DNA from: Callorhinchus milii
Lineage: Eukaryota
Direction of reading: 5' to 3'
NCBI RefSeq assembly: GCF_018977255.1
Contig: NW_024704742.1
Location: forward strand, 56,732,001 to 56,796,000
DNA: 64,000 nt
The translations under genes and the position numbers were made by a program. The stretch's first letter is position 1, and each line of letters begins with the position of its first letter. The notes under the pieces were generated by a model, which saw nothing but the letters and a program-made list of their open reading frames with translations, ran no database searches and was not told the DNA's origin. Below, piece after piece: positions 61,330 to 64,000 of this stretch.

Positions 61330-61740
61330 TTGATCTTCAATGCATTGCTCTCTGGTCTCTTTAGTTCCACCATTAGTAAAGTCCAATTGATACAAAACTC
61401 AACCGTATCCTTCACCTACCAAGCTACATCCCCATTCTTTGCCAGGCTTTACTGCCTCCGTATCACAGAACGGATCGATTTCAAGGTCCTCACATTCATC
61501 TACAAATCACTACATGCTCTGACACCTTCCTATCTCTCTGACCTGCTGGCAATCAATTGCTCTACCTGCCCTCTTTGCTCAACTGACTAAGGCTTCAGCA
61601 GGTCCCTCAACCTCCCGAATTCCACCAATAGTGGCAATGCTTTCAGTCATTTTGCCCTGAACCTCTGGAACTCCCTGTCTCAATCCTTCAGCCTTGCCCC
61701 CTCTTTGGCCATCTTCAGATTACACACAAGGACACCCAAC
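61330..61740 (+). mobile_element. L2 3' fragment
   Basis: ORF 61330..61590 KVQLIQNS...RIDFKVLTFIYKSLHALTPSYLSDLL. Confidence 0.8.
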
Positions 61741-61784
61741 GCTTTCTTTCCACCTCCACCCTCAACTGTCGGATATCAAGTCCT

Positions 61785-62103
61785 GTGGAGTCCTGTAGCT
61801 CAGTGGTTAGAGTACTCGCTTTGCAAGCGAGAGACCTGAGTTCAATTCCAGGCAGGGCGAAACCTTGGGCAGGTTTCCTTACTCCACACAGAGCCTAATA
61901 ATAATCCCTCCAAAAAAGCAAAACAATAATAAATTGTTCATTTTCAATCTACGACTGTTTGTGGGACATTGCTGTGCGCAATTGGCTGCCGCGTTTGCCC
62001 ACAAATATACAGTCAATTCACTTTACAGTATATTCTGTGAAGTGTTTTGAGATGTCTAGAAGACGTGAAAAGCGCTATATCAAATGCAAGGATTATTATT
62101 ATT
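61785..62103 (+). mobile_element. Young tRNA-Ala-headed Deu-domain SINE inserted into an L2
   Basis: Full head, core and tail, flanked by aagtcctg (61778-61785) and aaatcctg (62104-62111). Confidence 0.95.
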
Positions 62104-62953
62104 AAATCCTGGATGAGGGCAAATTTCCTACAGTTGAATGTGAACAAGACTGAGGCCCTCCTGATTGGCTCACGCCAGCACCTCAGCACCTCTGGCAACA
62201 TCAATCTCTATGGTTGCTCACTACAACTCACCAAGCCAGTCAGGAACCGAGGTGTGTTGTTCAACCCTCAACTGTCTTTTCTTCCCCACATCCAAGCCAT
62301 GACCCGCTCTGCCTTCCCTCACCTCCGTAACATCGCCCGACTCCGCTCAGCCCTCAGGCCGCTGAAAATCTTGTTCATACCTTCATCACCTCCAGGCTCA
62401 ACTATGCAAACGCCCTGCTTGTCGGTCTTCCCAACTCCTCTCTTCACAGGCTGCAGGCTCATGTCCTCTCCCGCACCAAATTCCGTGACCCCATCTCCCC
62501 GATTCTTGCCCGACTCCATTGGCTCCCTATCCTTCAGAGGATCCAGTTCAAGATCCTCGTCTTTACCTACAAAGCCCTCCATGGCCTCGCCCCACCCTAC
62601 CTCTGTGACCTCCTAACCCGCTACCAACCCGCCTGTTCCCTCCACTCAGCCGGCTCCGGCCTGCTCCACATCCCCCGAACCACCCGCTCCACCATTAATG
62701 GGAGAGCCTTCAACCACTCTGTCCCAAACCTCTGGAATTCCATCCCCCAATCACTCTGCCTCGCCCCCTCCTTAGCCTCCTTCAAGTCCTGCCTCAAAAC
62801 CCTCCTCTTCGACCATGCCATTGGTCACCCCCCTTCCCCTCACTCTTCCCCCCCTGACCCCAGCTCAGGTCTGAAATGCTGTACACTGTCCAGCGCCTTG
62901 GGACCTCCTCCCGATGTGAAAAGCGCTATACAAATGTAATCTTCTTGTTGTTG
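62104..62953 (+). mobile_element. L2-clade LINE 3' fragment (continues from ~61765 across the SINE)
   Basis: IKSWMRANFLQLNVNKTEALLIG...LRNIARLR; tail cagcgccttgggacctcctcccgatgtgaaaagcgctatacaaatgtaatcttcttgttgttg. Confidence 0.93.
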
Positions 62954-62964
62954 TATGCCAAGTG

Positions 62965-63260
62965 TCAAGTTTAGTATGTGCAGACAAAAGCAGCAGATAA
63001 TTTGCACATAGCAATGTCTCACAAACAGCTACAATGCGATTAATCAATTTAACTTTGCCCAGGACACCAGAAAAAATGTATTTCTCTTCTCAAATTGTTA
63101 ACATTCACCTGAGCAGGCTGATAGAATCTCGATCTCTTATAAGGACCACACTATCTTACTGCACTGGAGTTTTGCCCTGGATAATGAGTTCACATCAATG
63201 CGAAGCTTGAAACCACAATCTTTTAACTCTTAAGGCATGAGTGCTACCTACTGAGCCAAG
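62965..63260 (-). mobile_element. Old Deu-domain SINE (SacSINE1-like), decayed
   Basis: gcagataatttgcacatagcaatgtctcacaaacagc...cccaggacacc...cttgaaaccacaatctt...gagtgctacctactgagccaa is the reverse of the head and Deu core. Confidence 0.65.
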
Positions 63261-64000
63261 TTGTATCTGGACAAAGCACTGAATTCATTTACAAAACTGC
63301 TTGATGTTGTAATGAGAAGATGGTAGGCTTGGTGTTCTGGAAGGATGGGATTAAATGGACCACTAAGATTCATTACAGCACAGTCTGAATTGTGTGGTTC
63401 TTTTTGATGCAAGTTTAACTTGAATTTTACCGGTAGCAACAATGCTCTTGAGCTGAATGGTGACAAATCCATCGGAGTGGATTTGTCACAAAAACCCTTA
63501 AAAATCAAACAGTACATTTATATGAAAATAAAAATACTAGTTGTGTGTATAAAACAAAGCTGTAGATTATGAGCGCTAAGCTTTTATTTAATAGGAAAAA
63601 AGCCAATGATGTATATCACAGTTATAAATTGAAGAATGTCACCTATGTATTTGTCACCAATGAATAATCTTGCAGTGCCTAACGTTGTTTAGTTGTTTGT
63701 AATGCATCACTTAGTTGTTCTATGTTGCACGTTTCAGTGGCTTAACCAGCATCTGTTGAAAGGAAGCTTCTGTGTGGTCTAAAGTGAGTTGATCTGTCTT
63801 GTGTGGATTTCCTGCACCCTAATAGAATCTGGTGATTCCTAACACATTCCTGAGTGTGAACAGTACAGTATCTACTTTGTTTGACTTCCTGGAGCAGGCT
63901 TTTAATAGGGCTGAACAGTGCAGCAGGGTTTGTGAGAGAATTAGCACTGAATGATACCTTTACGTTGTGGGAATGGAAATCAATATGTTGTAATCATAAA

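Noticed and set aside
61790..61860. tRNA-Ala(TGC)-like cloverleafs (also at ~27134, ~47597, ~48600 and ~13260 on -)
   Set aside because: Each continues into a SINE body and tail, and the T and acceptor stems have mismatches. These are SINE heads, not tRNA genes.
62047..62616. 189-aa ORF
   Set aside because: Chance fusion of a SINE tail with frameshifted L2 sequence, and it has a non-ATG start.
1..64000. CRISPR array, operon or other prokaryotic-type system; remaining 60-140 aa ORFs in the track
   Set aside because: There is no regularly spaced repeat-spacer array and the DNA is a vertebrate intron-exon locus. The short ORFs are repeat-derived or random.

Overview
AT-rich vertebrate genomic DNA. 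The repeat complement (CR1 and L2 LINE fragments, Deu-domain tRNA SINEs, Penelope-type foldback) points to a cartilaginous fish, possibly a chimaera; this is an inference. The window holds the 5' part of one + strand gene, SORBS2 (ArgBP2/sorbin and SH3 domain-containing 2). I assembled 12 coding exons by hand from ATG 15149 to 53524. All have AG/GT boundaries and consistent phases, totalling 2112 nt (704 codons) and including the sorbin-homology (SoHo) domain. The C-terminal SH3 domains are not in the window. Two large phase-0 exons (31558-32199, 37591-38055) are absent from the canonical human SORBS2 protein as I recall it, and one carries a motif I know from the paralog SORBS1. The introns contain decayed CR1 and L2 LINEs and a young tRNA-Ala(TGC)-headed Deu-domain SINE whose tail matches L2. 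They also hold a Penelope-type foldback with a 13-bp TSD and two relic minimal hammerhead ribozymes, a probable non-autonomous Helitron in a (TA)n tract, a perfect 40-bp inverted repeat, an unclassified ~70-bp hairpin+oligo(A) repeat (7 copies) and several local duplications. No prokaryotic-type systems (CRISPR, operons) are present. Homology calls rest on recalled sequences, not database searches, and coordinates of decayed repeats are approximate.
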